Below, piece by piece: positions 27,098 to 36,957 of a stretch of 64,000 nt of DNA; the first letter of the stretch is position 1; each line of letters starts with the position of its first letter. The notes below the pieces were generated by a model. That model worked only from the letters and a program-made list of their open reading frames with translations. It was not told the origin of the DNA and ran no database searches. Made by a program: the position numbers and the translations under genes. Origin of the DNA: a virus. Lineage: Duplodnaviria; Caudoviricetes. The DNA is taken from positions 564-64,563 of the IMG/VR virus record IMGVR_UViG_3300044648_000098. One strand, given 5' to 3'.

Positions 27098-27561
27098 GCG
27101 ACCTCCTCGCCGGCCGGCATCCTCTTCGCCTCGCTGTGCATGCGTAGCTGCGTGGCGACCACAGCGTCGGCCATCTCCCGAGCGGTGAAGCCGAGCAGGC
27201 ACGCCTCGTAGATTTCCATGACGGCGCGCACCGCGGTGAGGCCCGGCGCGTCGAGCCGCATGCCCTGCCCTGCCTCGTACCGGAGATTCGCGCGGACGAG
27301 CGCCTGCTGGGCACCCTTGAGCACCGGCAGCACCTCGGACGGGACCAGCTTGCCGCCGACCACCATGGTGTCGACGATGTTCACGGCGCAGGACAGGTCG
27401 CTCCACTCATCCGGGCCGGGCAAGCTGCCGAACTGCATGGCGTTGATCGCCGAGTAGCAGCGGCCGAGCATCAGCTCGCGGCCTGCCGCCTCGACCTTGG
27501 TCAAGCGCATCAGGGGGTTGGCGTGCACCGGCCTTGGCCGGTAGGTTGATCGCTTTCTCAC
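27088..27561 (-). CDS. Hypothetical protein
   Basis: RKRSTYRPRPV..NP N-terminus; coupled ORF. Confidence 0.6.
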   Translation of the reverse strand: MRKRSTYRPRPVHANPLMRLTKVEAAGRELMLGRCYSAINAMQFGSLPGPDEWSDLSCAVNIVDTMVVGGKLVPSEVLPVLKGAQQALVRANLRYEAGQGMRLDAPGLTAVRAVMEIYEACLLGFTAREMADAVVATQLRMHSEAKRMPAGEEVACV

Positions 27562-27565
27562 TTCC

Positions 27566-28045
27566 TCATCCTTTCGCAACAAGTGCCAGCGTGGCCGCCA
27601 GCAGCTCTTCCTCGGTTCCGTACTTCGCCTCGAACCGGGCCTTCCACGGATGGCGGCTGACCTTGCCGAACTGCGCGCCGTTCTGGTGGTGGCCCGGGTC
27701 GCAGAGGCAGATCGTGTGCATGTGGCCGATCCGCTGGCCGCCGCGCAGAAGGTGGTGGACCGCTCCTGGCGTGCCTGGGTGTCCGTCGATCAGGCAGGCG
27801 ATGCACCCGATGGCGGTGATTGCGTCCATCCATTCGCGCTCGGCGGCGTTGGGGGTCCGCTTCCCAGGCTTGCATGCCTCCGGCTTCGGCACCGGCACGC
27901 TCAGCCGGGCCCGGCCGTCATCAATGCGCAGGATCTGGCCGCGCTGCTCGCGCTTCGGCGCTGTGAAGTCGTGCACCTGCTTTGGCGGGCGGGGCGGCGC
28001 GGCGCGCTGGAAGCCCTTGCCTGGTTTCATCGGCGAGCGCTTCAT
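27566..28045 (-). CDS. Ref-like / DUF968 HNH-type nuclease
   Basis: GCIAC...VHH...HTICLC..HHQ. Confidence 0.75.
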   Translation of the reverse strand: MKRSPMKPGKGFQRAAPPRPPKQVHDFTAPKREQRGQILRIDDGRARLSVPVPKPEACKPGKRTPNAAEREWMDAITAIGCIACLIDGHPGTPGAVHHLLRGGQRIGHMHTICLCDPGHHQNGAQFGKVSRHPWKARFEAKYGTEEELLAATLALVAKG

Positions 28046-28545
28046 GCTTCGCTCCAGTCCAGCGTGGCGCCGTTGCGCCAGTTGCGGTGCCGCGGCTCGC
28101 CTTCGTACGGGCTCGCGCCGAGCAGCGTGCACAGAGCCGCGTAGTTCTCCCAGGTCAATCCTTCGTGCCCGCTCGTCTTGACGAAGCGCGGCATCTGGGC
28201 GGGCAGCATGTCAGCGTCGTCGTCAACGATCGCGTAGCACTCGACGTCAGGGTGACGGTCCAGCCAGTGCTGGATCTCCCCGCCGCGCGGGCCGCAGATG
28301 TACGGCGTGCGGTCGATGATCGGCAGGCCCAGTGCGTCGCCAGCGGCCTTCGCTTCATTGCTCAGGCGCCACGCCGAGGACAGCACCACCTGGACGCCCG
28401 CCGAGTCGCACAGCCTTTGCAGCAGGCGGATGGCCACCTGGTCGAAGGCGCCGATCTGCGAAAACTCGTGGGGAAAGCCTCCGAACGCAACGCAGGTGCG
28501 TGTGCTGTTCAGCACCCCGTCGATGTCGAGAAACAGGATCTTCAT
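28042..28545 (-). CDS. HAD phosphatase (Swiss-Army-Knife RNA-repair-like HAD)
   Basis: FLDIDGVLN, VVLSSAWR, RGGEIQHWL, YAIVDDD. Confidence 0.85.
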   Translation of the reverse strand: MKILFLDIDGVLNSTRTCVAFGGFPHEFSQIGAFDQVAIRLLQRLCDSAGVQVVLSSAWRLSNEAKAAGDALGLPIIDRTPYICGPRGGEIQHWLDRHPDVECYAIVDDDADMLPAQMPRFVKTSGHEGLTWENYAALCTLLGASPYEGEPRHRNWRNGATLDWSEA

Positions 28546-28747
28546 GCGGCAACTCCCCAGAGGTCTTGCTGCCGCGGGTCCGTCTCGCGTTCCGACGCCG
28601 CGGCCGATCGCCGCGACAGGATGCGGTGAACCTTCGGCAACTCGATGCCGGCGAGCTTGGCGCAGCGCGGCCCGAAGAAGAACGACGCCCTGCCCTTGTG
28701 GATCGTGACCGCCGAAACGCTGAGGGGCCTGTTGCACCGGACGCACT

Positions 28748-29206
28748 TCATGCCGCCTCCCCCTCGCGCGCCTTGAACTTGACGCCGTGCTCGACCGCAA
28801 AGGCGCCCAGCCAGTCGATGAATGCGGCGGCCAGCTTCACGCTGAAGTCCCTGGACTGCGTGCCCAGCAGGACCACCTCGCCGCGCAGGCCGCGCCCCAT
28901 TCGGATCTCGCCGAACTTCGCCCACTCGTCGCGGAGGTCGACGTCGTCGCGTGTGTCGATCTTGAAAGCGCTGATGAGAATCCGCTTGGCGTCCTCGGGG
29001 TCCGTGAGTTCGCCGCCGAGCTGCTCGGCGATCTGGCCGATCAGGCTGTGGAAGTGGGCGTTCTGTGCCGTGCGGCGCGTCTCGGGCTTCAGGCTCAGGA
29101 CGAGGCGCCTGCCATCGGTCAGCAGCGGCTTGGCGAACTCCCACACGCGCAGCACCTCGGCGTGCGCTTGGCGGAGGTTGTAGAGCGGGATGCGCAGGCT
29201 GTCCAC
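28748..29206 (-). CDS. ninB: NinB/Orf-like recombination protein
   Basis: RRTAQNAHFHSLIGQIA...FIDWLGAFAVEHGVKF. Confidence 0.8.
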   Translation of the reverse strand: MDSLRIPLYNLRQAHAEVLRVWEFAKPLLTDGRRLVLSLKPETRRTAQNAHFHSLIGQIAEQLGGELTDPEDAKRILISAFKIDTRDDVDLRDEWAKFGEIRMGRGLRGEVVLLGTQSRDFSVKLAAAFIDWLGAFAVEHGVKFKAREGEAA

Positions 29207-29208
29207 GG

Positions 29209-29589
29209 TCAGGCCTCTTGCGGCTCGCGCTTGAACACTTCGGCCATCCGGCCCACCCACTTGGTGCGAAGGTTCGGCCGAGTGGCGATAAGGGTGGCGG
29301 TCTTGACCTCGCGCGGCTTCTTGGGGCTGCTCTCGGCCTTCTCCCAATGCCGGCACGGCGCATCGGGCATGGGCTCGTCAAGCGGCTGAATGGCCCACAC
29401 CGGCTGCGGCTTGCCGCCGGCCGTGATCCACGACGAAACGTAGATCACGCCCTCGCGGTGAAGCATCTGCGTGTGTCGCGGGACCACCTCGCGCGTGCAG
29501 CTGATCGCCTTGGAAATTGCGCCGTCGGTGGCCGGACCCTTCCGCAGGAGCGCCACCGTGCGGGCCATGAGTTCAATTGCTGAGGCCAT
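29209..29589 (-). CDS. Winged-helix DNA-binding protein
   Basis: HTH-like pattern then LHREGVIYVSSW. Confidence 0.5.
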   Translation of the reverse strand: MASAIELMARTVALLRKGPATDGAISKAISCTREVVPRHTQMLHREGVIYVSSWITAGGKPQPVWAIQPLDEPMPDAPCRHWEKAESSPKKPREVKTATLIATRPNLRTKWVGRMAEVFKREPQEA

Positions 29590-30014
29590 CCGCCCCTCCA
29601 TCGTGTTCGGCCGCGGAACCGTCCGCGCGCCACTTGCAGCCATAGCAACCCGCATCACCCTGCCCCAGCTCGGTGTGCGTGTAGTTGCAGTCCTTGGTCA
29701 TCGGGTCGGGAATGCGGGTGAACCGCTTCTTGCCGAGGTTCGCGTCGATGAGAAACCAGCCGTCCGCCACGACACGCGAGGCGCGGAGCGGTGCGCGGTT
29801 GTGGCATCCGTAGCTCATGCCGCTTCCTTCTCCGCCTGGCGCGCCGCGCGCTTCGCCACACAGCCGGCGCAACGCCACCGGATCGGGTCCGGTCCACCGG
29901 CGCCGCCGGTCATCGATTTGCCGAGGTTGCAGCCCATGCACATGCGGGTGATGGCGTGGCCGACACCGGCGAAGCGGAACTCTGGCTTGGCCGGCTGGTT
30001 CTTGGGGTCATCGA

Positions 30015-30395
30015 TCACGATGCGGCCCCCTTATTGCCAGTGGTGGCCGCTGCGACGAGGTCACGGGCGAATGCGCGCAGACCTTCGGGGTCAAAGCCGT
30101 GGGTTGTCAGTCCGCGGTCATCCACCACACCGAATCCAAATGACTCGTGCTCGACGGCCAACCGCTCGATCACCTCATCCGTCAGCACCTTGGCTGCTGG
30201 CTCGAGAGGCGCCGCGATGGCCGCGAGGAACGGCTCCACATCAAGCCAGTCTTGCCCCTTGAGTGCGAGGCTCAGGAAGAATCGCAGGCGTTCCAGCGGC
30301 TCTTCGTTCAACGGCTCGAGTTCGTCGAATCGCTCCTTCGCTGTTGGCGTTTGGCCCGCGCGCTGCGCCGGGAACCACATGGGCATGTCAGCCAT
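30015..30395 (-). CDS. Mosaic hypothetical protein
   Basis: EPLERLRFFLSLA module plus VLTDE linker. Confidence 0.6.
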   Translation of the reverse strand: MADMPMWFPAQRAGQTPTAKERFDELEPLNEEPLERLRFFLSLALKGQDWLDVEPFLAAIAAPLEPAAKVLTDEVIERLAVEHESFGFGVVDDRGLTTHGFDPEGLRAFARDLVAAATTGNKGAAS

Positions 30396-31455
30396 TGGTT
30401 GCCTCCGACTTCCGGCGAGCCAGGATGAGCACGTCGACTGATGCATCGAACTCGCGCGCCGTCCGTTCGGCGGCGATGCTCTGAACCAGCATCTGCTCGA
30501 TGGCATTGCCGGTGGCGTAGCGTCTGAGAGTGCGATACCGCTCCGCGTCCTTCGCATCCGCCAGCGCGGCACGGGCGCTGTCCATCTCGGCCTTGTATTG
30601 CGGGTCGGCGACCTCACGCTCTGCCTGCACGACACGGCGAGGCCGTTTGCCGCAACCGCCAGCCGCTGCAAGGACGGCGCGAGCGAACTCCACTCGACCG
30701 AAGTGCGGGTCTTTCGGGTCTCCCTTCCAAGGGACCAGTGCCTCGATCTGCTCATCCGTCAGCACCTGACCGGAGCCCGTCGCCTGTTCCTTGGCGTACG
30801 CATAGACATCGCCGCACTGAGCGAGACAGTCGCATCCGTTCCCGCACCACTTCTCGTCGGAGACCGTCGCCTGAATCTCTGCAAGGAATGGCGCGGCACG
30901 CTCAATCTCTGCCGCGCGTTCCGCCTTGCCTTCGGGTGTCTGAGCCCGCTCGTAGGCTCGCTGGGCGGCCTCGATCACATGACGCTCGGCAACACCTACA
31001 TGGAACGTCCCATTGCCCACCTTGGCCGGCTTGGTCAGCTTGACTGTCGCCTGTTGCGCAGAAGGCGGGGCGGTGTAGAGCTTGGTGCCCGCCGGAAGCG
31101 CGTAGCCTGCGGCTGTGCGCGTGATGCAAGTTCCTTTGCCATAGCACGGGAGCAGTTCGCCGATCGTCGCCATCACCACCGGCTCACCGCTGCCCTGCGG
31201 TGTGTTCAGCCAAGCCCCATGCTTGACGCCGTCCTTCCAGGCGCGCACGACCTCTGGCGGCGCGTCGGCCGGGATGGTGGATGGCTGCGGCTGTTGGGCG
31301 ATGGCTTCGTGGAGTGCTCGAACGGGCCCGAAAAGCGACCGCGCACGAACCGCATCGTCCTTCTCATCACACGGATGAACCTCGACCGAATCAAGCGCTT
31401 CGCGAACTACCGCGCGGGCTGCGACGATGATCTCGTGCATGGATGCGCCGCTCAT
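30388..31455 (-). CDS. Mosaic Ead/Ea22-like protein
   Basis: LPAGTKLYTAPP, VLTDEQI, KDAERYRTLR modules joined by QQAT linkers. Confidence 0.7.
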   Translation of the reverse strand: MSGASMHEIIVAARAVVREALDSVEVHPCDEKDDAVRARSLFGPVRALHEAIAQQPQPSTIPADAPPEVVRAWKDGVKHGAWLNTPQGSGEPVVMATIGELLPCYGKGTCITRTAAGYALPAGTKLYTAPPSAQQATVKLTKPAKVGNGTFHVGVAERHVIEAAQRAYERAQTPEGKAERAAEIERAAPFLAEIQATVSDEKWCGNGCDCLAQCGDVYAYAKEQATGSGQVLTDEQIEALVPWKGDPKDPHFGRVEFARAVLAAAGGCGKRPRRVVQAEREVADPQYKAEMDSARAALADAKDAERYRTLRRYATGNAIEQMLVQSIAAERTAREFDASVDVLILARRKSEATNG

Positions 31456-31850
31456 TTCACCAACCCCGCGATTTCCTTCAGCAGCCAGACCTTCGGCGAG
31501 ACCCAGACCAGCAAGTCGAAGTTCAGCACGCCGATGAGCGCGGCCAGGAAGCCACCGCCGATGCCAAGAAACATCACAAGGACGTTGCTGTCGGACCGCT
31601 TGCGGTTCCGCTCGTGGTCCCAGCAGCTCGTGTTCCACGGCTTCACGTAGGCGAAGCGCGCCAGCGCCAGCGCGGCCACGGAAGCGACAAGCCACGCGAT
31701 CGTGACGTACACCGTCTGAGCCCGCCCATACGCCACATAGCTCTGCGCGATGTCTGGCAGTTGCGCCATGGCGAAGTCGCCACCGGCGCGGGCCGCCTCT
31801 TGGATTGCGGTCAGGATCTCGACCAGCTTGGATTGCAGTTGTTCGTTCAT
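31452..31850 (-). CDS. Membrane protein
   Basis: FAMAQLPDIAQSY, two TM segments, SPKVWLL. Confidence 0.65.
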   Translation of the reverse strand: MNEQLQSKLVEILTAIQEAARAGGDFAMAQLPDIAQSYVAYGRAQTVYVTIAWLVASVAALALARFAYVKPWNTSCWDHERNRKRSDSNVLVMFLGIGGGFLAALIGVLNFDLLVWVSPKVWLLKEIAGLVK

Positions 31851-32063
31851 GCTCAGTTCCCGTGATTGATGACCAGAAGGCAGATGACCGCGATGAGTGC
31901 TGCGTCGGAGACGGACGGCGTGCCAACGACAAGCACGGCCCACGCGGCGGTGATGAAGGCGTCCGCACTCACAGCCAGAACACCAGCGAAGATGAGGACC
32001 GCGGCGGCGCACGCGGCGACCCCCACGGTGGCGATTGCTGTTCCGACGTTCATGGTTCGTTCC

Positions 32064-32384
32064 TCAAAATGCCGCGCCTTGCGCGTAGTGCCAAACCGAC
32101 TGGGAGCGCCGCGCGTCGCGACCGACCGATGCGAATGAACTGGGCCGGGCCGGCGCGTGCCGCTTGCCAGATGACCGGAACACGCGGTTCTGCCGCATGC
32201 CCTCGCTCACGAACCAACCGCGCTTGGTCCACTCGCACATCCAGGCCGCCACCGTCAGCTTCGAGCCCGGCACCCGGCCGAACATGAACTGGATGGATTC
32301 GGCGGTCATGCCGCTGTCTGCCCGCTCGAGGACGGCAAGCACCGCCTCGCGGTAGTCCTTCGGGGTGAGGTAGTCGTGCCTCAT
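32064..32384 (-). CDS. Putative winged-helix protein
   Basis: MRHDYL start coupled to upstream ORF. Confidence 0.45.
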   Translation of the reverse strand: MRHDYLTPKDYREAVLAVLERADSGMTAESIQFMFGRVPGSKLTVAAWMCEWTKRGWFVSEGMRQNRVFRSSGKRHAPARPSSFASVGRDARRSQSVWHYAQGAAF

Positions 32385-32556
32385 GCTGCTTCCAGTTCCT
32401 TGGTGGGTTGAAGAGGGAGAAAGAACATCACCGTCTCGGCGCCAGGCGTGCACAGGCGCTCGGCCGGCCGCACGCGGTCCGTCGGGTCAACGTGGTGCGC
32501 GCACTTTTCGCGGCGAGCGCAGAAGCCGCCCAGGCAGGGCTTGATGGGCTGCGGGC

Positions 32557-33345
32557 TCATGTCGCCGCCCTCCGGGCTGTCGGCCGGTACGTCGGCCACT
32601 GGAAGTCGACCCAGCGGCATGTCTCGCCAAGGCGGTCATAGGTCCGCTCGCCGACGTACTTCTTGAACCCCTCGAGGTCTTGGTTCGTCAGCAGCAGCAC
32701 AGGGCGCACTTCCCGATACCGGCGGTCCAGCACGTCGAAGATGACGTTCTGCTCGCCGTCGGTGCCGTACTGCGCGCCCACCTCGTCGATCGCCAAGAGG
32801 TCCAGGCGCTCGAAGTAGGCGAGCACCTCCGACTCACTGCGTGGCGAATCCTTGCGCCAGGTCTCGCGCACCGCGCGGATCAGGTCCATGCAAGTGAGGT
32901 AGCGCACGTCCGGCGACAGCACGGCCTGGAGAATCGCGGTGGCGAGGTGGCTCTTGCCCGTGCCAGGCTGGCCGGACAGGATCAGCCCCTGGCCCTTGCG
33001 GCGGTAGTGGTCGAACCGCTCGGCATAGTCCCGCGCGATGGTCACCGCGCGCCGCTGCATGTCGGTGGTGGACTCGAAGTTGTCGAAGGACCGCCCGATG
33101 AACCTGGCGGGGATGCGCGCGCTTGAGAGCATCGCCCGGTGGCGGCGCTCGGCGCGCTCCTCGTCAGCCTTGCGTGCCGCAGTCTCTTCCGCCTCGCGCT
33201 GCTCCGCCACACAGGCCGGGCACTTGGACCAGACTTTGATGCTGAGCTGCCGGCTCGAGAAGCGGCCATGCTCCGGGCAAGTCGCCTCGCGCTCGGCGAA
33301 CGAGAACGCGGCGCGCGGGATCACGCTATCAGTTGAAGAAGCCAT
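32557..33345 (-). CDS. DnaC/IstB-like helicase loader ATPase
   Basis: CPEHG/CPAC zinc site, GQPGTGKSHLA, LLAIDEVG, DRRY, TN. Confidence 0.92.
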   Translation of the reverse strand: MASSTDSVIPRAAFSFAEREATCPEHGRFSSRQLSIKVWSKCPACVAEQREAEETAARKADEERAERRHRAMLSSARIPARFIGRSFDNFESTTDMQRRAVTIARDYAERFDHYRRKGQGLILSGQPGTGKSHLATAILQAVLSPDVRYLTCMDLIRAVRETWRKDSPRSESEVLAYFERLDLLAIDEVGAQYGTDGEQNVIFDVLDRRYREVRPVLLLTNQDLEGFKKYVGERTYDRLGETCRWVDFQWPTYRPTARRAAT

Positions 33346-34129
33346 CTTCGTTCACTCCTTTGCGGTAGTCCTTCTTGGCGAATCCCGTGTGCCCGCCGTT
33401 GGACCGTGGCGCCGCCTTAGGGGCGAACAGCCCCTGGTAGCCGTTGGCGATCGAGTTGTCGATGACGTCCTTGGGCAGGTGACCGTCGGCCATGAAGGCG
33501 ACGAGCTTGGCGAGTTGCAGCTTTGCCGCCTCTGGCGTCACCGGCTTGCGGCGCTTCGAGCGATCCGCGCACCAGCGCGCCCAGTCTTCGGCCGACACGC
33601 ATTCAGGCAACTCGACAGAGGAAGGGTCGAAGGGGGCAGCGCGCTTCGGCGCGTCATCTCCTGAGCGAAGCGAAGGAGATATCTCTTCTCTTCTCTTCTC
33701 TTCTCTAGGTACGGTTTCGGTAACGGTCTGGGTAACGGTCTGAGCGTTAGCGTCAGCGTTACCTTTGCCCTTGCTCTTGCTCTTGGCGACCCTTTTGGCC
33801 GTCTGCGCACGCTCCTTGGCGCTCTCCGAGGTGTGGGAATCGAACTTCACCACTCGGATGCCGCACTCGGATTCGATGAGCCAGCCGACCGATACCACCG
33901 CTGCAACGAAGCCGGCGTTACCACCCGCCCCGAAAAGGCACTCTTCGAGCGTTAGCGAAGTAACGCCGAGAGCGTTACCGTCCGTCGTGTGGTTGTCGAA
34001 CCAGCGCCAGAGCACAAAGAGGCGGCCGACGACCTCGAGGCGGTTTGCCCCGGTCTTACCCGCAATGGCAAGGACCTCCGGCTTCTCTGGAAGCGCGTGG
34101 GTCATCTTGAGCCAGTCGCCAGCCATCAC
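33329..34129 (-). CDS. Replication initiator (O-like)
   Basis: MAGDWLKM...KPEV N-domain, REEKRREE linker, SIANGYQGLF; upstream of loader. Confidence 0.85.
   Translation of the reverse strand: MMAGDWLKMTHALPEKPEVLAIAGKTGANRLEVVGRLFVLWRWFDNHTTDGNALGVTSLTLEECLFGAGGNAGFVAAVVSVGWLIESECGIRVVKFDSHTSESAKERAQTAKRVAKSKSKGKGNADANAQTVTQTVTETVPREEKRREEISPSLRSGDDAPKRAAPFDPSSVELPECVSAEDWARWCADRSKRRKPVTPEAAKLQLAKLVAFMADGHLPKDVIDNSIANGYQGLFAPKAAPRSNGGHTGFAKKDYRKGVNEDGFFN
33682..33763. repeat. Probable origin iterons inside the initiator gene
   Basis: GGTAACGGTCTG x2 plus related GCGTTA[CG]C copies next to a (TCTCT)n tract. Confidence 0.6.
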
Positions 34130-35577
34130 GCCACCTCCAGCGAGCGCAGGCGGCGATCAATGCGCCCGCCTATCCATCCCGCACACGGCACCGCCCAAGA
34201 GTTGCCGAGGGCCTTGTAGCGCGGGCCGTCCGGGCACTCATCGGCGGGCCGGCCGCGCCATTCGATGCGGGTGTAGCCCTGCTTGAACCCCTGGAGGAGT
34301 TCGCATTCCTCGGGCATGAGCCGGCGCACGGCCGAGCCGACAAGCGCAGCTTGGTGCCCGCCGCCGTTCGTGTGGCTGTTGGCATGCCCCATTGCTCGCT
34401 GCGTACCTGCGATCTCGCCAACCCCGAACCCGTTCTGGCCGCTTGCCTTGCAGTCAAAGGCGATGGCGGGCGCATGCGCCCCGGCCGCGAGCGGGTGGCA
34501 AGGGTCACCGGGCTTCGGCTGGCTGCGATTTGTCTTGCTGGTGACCTGGGTGGTGTCGAATGCGATGAGCTCACTGTCAGCTTGGTGACCCGGGCTGTTG
34601 GTCTGCCCCCCGCCACGACTTGAGCGCGCAACCATCGTCGCCGCGACTTCTGGGACGTAGGCGTGCTGGGTGATGAACGTCTCGCTCTCGAAGTCCATGC
34701 GCCCACAGGCGCCGCCATGAGCCGACAGAGCCGAAGCGATGTCACGCGGGCCGCTCGTTTGGTTTCCGCCGAAGGCAACGAGCTTCGACTCCTGGCCGGC
34801 GTTGTCTCCCTTGGCGTGCGAGGTCAGCGTCCCGGCGAGAGGGATGTCGTCGCTGCTGTAGCCGCCGCGCTTTCGAGCGCCTCCCGCAACTGTGCCGGCA
34901 ACGCTTTGCTTCGAGCTGCGGCTCGGCGGAGAATCCCGGCGCACGCCTTCCCACTCAAAAAGTACCTCTGCGGGATCGAACCCGTCTCGAGCACTTGCGA
35001 CAACGAACACACGGCGGCGGCGTTGGGCCAGGCCGAAATATTGGGCGTCCAGGGTCCGCCATGCGATTGCTCGCCGGGGGCCATACACACAACCAGCGTC
35101 CTCCCACCTTTTCCCTGGCGGGACGAGCGGCTCATCTTCTCCGGCAAGCCCTGCCAGAAAGCACCCGAATGCGTTGTCTTTCGTGGAGAGGACGCCGGGG
35201 ACGTTCTCCCAGAGGATGATGGCGGCGGGCTTTCCAGCTCGCGCTCGAACATGGTCAATTGCATCGGCGAGTTCCACGAACTTGAGGGTGAGGTTTCCCC
35301 GGGCGTCGCTCAGCGACTCACGAAGGCCAGCAACGCTGAAGGCTTGGCAAGGTGTGCCGCCGCACAGCACATCGGGCGCGGCCACTTCACCGGTCAGCAC
35401 ACGGCGAGCGATGGTCGTCATGTCGCCGAGGTTCGGCACGTCGGGGTAGTGGTGGGCGAGCACGGCGCAGGGAAAGGGCTCGATCTCCGCTAGCCAAGCA
35501 GCGCGCCAGCCGAGCGGCTTGAACGCGACCGAAGCGGCCTCGATGCCGGAGCAGACCGAACCGAAGGTGATACTCAC
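34126..35577 (-). CDS. C5-cytosine DNA methyltransferase
   Basis: SVCSGIEA, GGTPCQAFS, WENVPG, AQRRRRVF, RRLMPEECELLQGF, RYKALGNS. Confidence 0.95.
   Translation of the reverse strand: MSITFGSVCSGIEAASVAFKPLGWRAAWLAEIEPFPCAVLAHHYPDVPNLGDMTTIARRVLTGEVAAPDVLCGGTPCQAFSVAGLRESLSDARGNLTLKFVELADAIDHVRARAGKPAAIILWENVPGVLSTKDNAFGCFLAGLAGEDEPLVPPGKRWEDAGCVYGPRRAIAWRTLDAQYFGLAQRRRRVFVVASARDGFDPAEVLFEWEGVRRDSPPSRSSKQSVAGTVAGGARKRGGYSSDDIPLAGTLTSHAKGDNAGQESKLVAFGGNQTSGPRDIASALSAHGGACGRMDFESETFITQHAYVPEVAATMVARSSRGGGQTNSPGHQADSELIAFDTTQVTSKTNRSQPKPGDPCHPLAAGAHAPAIAFDCKASGQNGFGVGEIAGTQRAMGHANSHTNGGGHQAALVGSAVRRLMPEECELLQGFKQGYTRIEWRGRPADECPDGPRYKALGNSWAVPCAGWIGGRIDRRLRSLEVA
34824..35264 (-). CDS. Nested alternative-frame ORF inside the C5 methylase
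   Basis: 146-codon open frame ending SLSQVLETGSIPQRYFLSGKACAGILRRA, a motif I recognise from overlapping ORFs of phage C5 MTases. Confidence 0.6.
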   Translation of the reverse strand: MQLTMFERELESPPPSSSGRTSPASSPRKTTHSGAFWQGLPEKMSRSSRQGKGGRTLVVCMAPGEQSHGGPWTPNISAWPNAAAVCSLSQVLETGSIPQRYFLSGKACAGILRRAAARSKALPAQLREALESAAATAATTSLSPGR

Positions 35578-36083
35578 GCTGCAACCTCCGCCCGCACCGG
35601 CACGAACGCCGACAGGTTCTTGTCGATCCACGCGACGTGCGCGAGCGCCTCCTCGCGGCTCAGGATGGCAATCGCCCGACCGAAGCGCTCGAGCACAATG
35701 CGGCCGTCGCTCGTGATTGCTGAACTGAATGGGGCGGCCTCGTTGTGCTGGCCCAAGGCGAACACGCTCGAGCACATGGAGGCGGCCACCACGGACTGGC
35801 GCACGGGGATATCGCTGTCGTCCTCTCGCTCCTCGGGCCGGAGGTCGATGTGCACGCCGAGCGAGTAGGTGACGATGTGCTTGCCGTGGCGATTGCCCTT
35901 GCCCTTCACCAGGAGCCCGGCTTCAAGGGCGCGGCCGAGGACCGAGGCGAAGATGCGCGGGCTGACGTCGATGGCCTGTCCGAGATCCTGTGCCGGCACC
36001 GCGGCGCCAGCGGCAAGGCTCTGGAGGTACTGGATGGCCTTGTAGCCAGCCGTGCCAGGGATGGGGGAGTAGTCGCTGCTCAT
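35574..36083 (-). CDS. Winged-helix hypothetical protein
   Basis: HTH-like N-terminus; FSSAITSDG C-terminal motif. Confidence 0.55.
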   Translation of the reverse strand: MSSDYSPIPGTAGYKAIQYLQSLAAGAAVPAQDLGQAIDVSPRIFASVLGRALEAGLLVKGKGNRHGKHIVTYSLGVHIDLRPEEREDDSDIPVRQSVVAASMCSSVFALGQHNEAAPFSSAITSDGRIVLERFGRAIAILSREEALAHVAWIDKNLSAFVPVRAEVAA

Positions 36084-36087
36084 AGCT

Positions 36088-36957
36088 TCACTCCCCGCAG
36101 TAGCACGGGACGGCTTCTTGATTGGGATCGAACATGTCGCGCTGTTCAGCGGCAAAGGCCTCGATCTGTGCGTAGCTCGGGCCGTCCTTGGTGAAGCGCG
36201 CGCCACGGCCGGTAGCGCCAGGGACCATTGACCCGTCCTCGGCCCTGACCCACCACGCGATCGAATACTTGCCCTCACGCGCGATGGACAGACGCTGAGC
36301 CGGCGGCTTGTTGAAGCAATAGACGCAATTGCCTTCGGTGGTCCGGCCGGCAGCGTTCGTCGACAGGCCGAGAGTGAACGGCTGCTGCTTCCAGAACGCA
36401 TTCACCTCCTGCACGCCCACACCAGCATCAGCGAGCGGCATGCACATCGTCTCGTCTTTGGACTCGGTGCTGTGCCCGCGCGCGCGGATCTTCGCGACGC
36501 GGCGATGTTCGTCGGCTCGGATGCCGATGAACTGGTCCCACTCGGCCCAGCCGAGCGTCCGCAGGTAGCGGTGCATCGGGCGGATCTTCAGCTCGGACGT
36601 GCAGAAGCGCGTCACCGGATTGGGCAGGTACGACCGCTTGCGAATGATCGCCTCGAAGGGCTCGCCGGATCGTGAGGCACCTGCAAAGTCGACGAGCTTG
36701 TAGCCGAGATCGTCGTTGCGGTACTCGACCCAGGTGATTGGAACCGCCCAGTGAGCAGCACACTCGGCCACGAACAGCAGCGTCTCCTCGGCCTCCAGCC
36801 CTGTGTTTGCGAAGCAGACGGCGGTGTCGGCCGGCAAGCCGCTGTTGGCTTGCAGGACGCGCCAGAGCATGTAGGCGCTGGTCCGTCCACCACTGAAGCT
36901 GATTGCCGTCGGGCCGTCGATCTTGAATGGATCTCGGCCAGTGGCCGTCGCCCTCAT
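36088..36957 (-). CDS. PAPS-reductase-like (adenine nucleotide alpha-hydrolase) protein
   Basis: SFSGGRTSAYML PP-loop, FANTG, RFCTSELK, IGIRADE, GNCVYCF, terminal CYCG. Confidence 0.88.
   Translation of the reverse strand: MRATATGRDPFKIDGPTAISFSGGRTSAYMLWRVLQANSGLPADTAVCFANTGLEAEETLLFVAECAAHWAVPITWVEYRNDDLGYKLVDFAGASRSGEPFEAIIRKRSYLPNPVTRFCTSELKIRPMHRYLRTLGWAEWDQFIGIRADEHRRVAKIRARGHSTESKDETMCMPLADAGVGVQEVNAFWKQQPFTLGLSTNAAGRTTEGNCVYCFNKPPAQRLSIAREGKYSIAWWVRAEDGSMVPGATGRGARFTKDGPSYAQIEAFAAEQRDMFDPNQEAVPCYCGE

Noticed and set aside
33682-33706. (TCTCT)n microsatellite as phase-variation tract
   Set aside because: Encodes the REEKRREE linker commonly seen beside iterons in phage initiators
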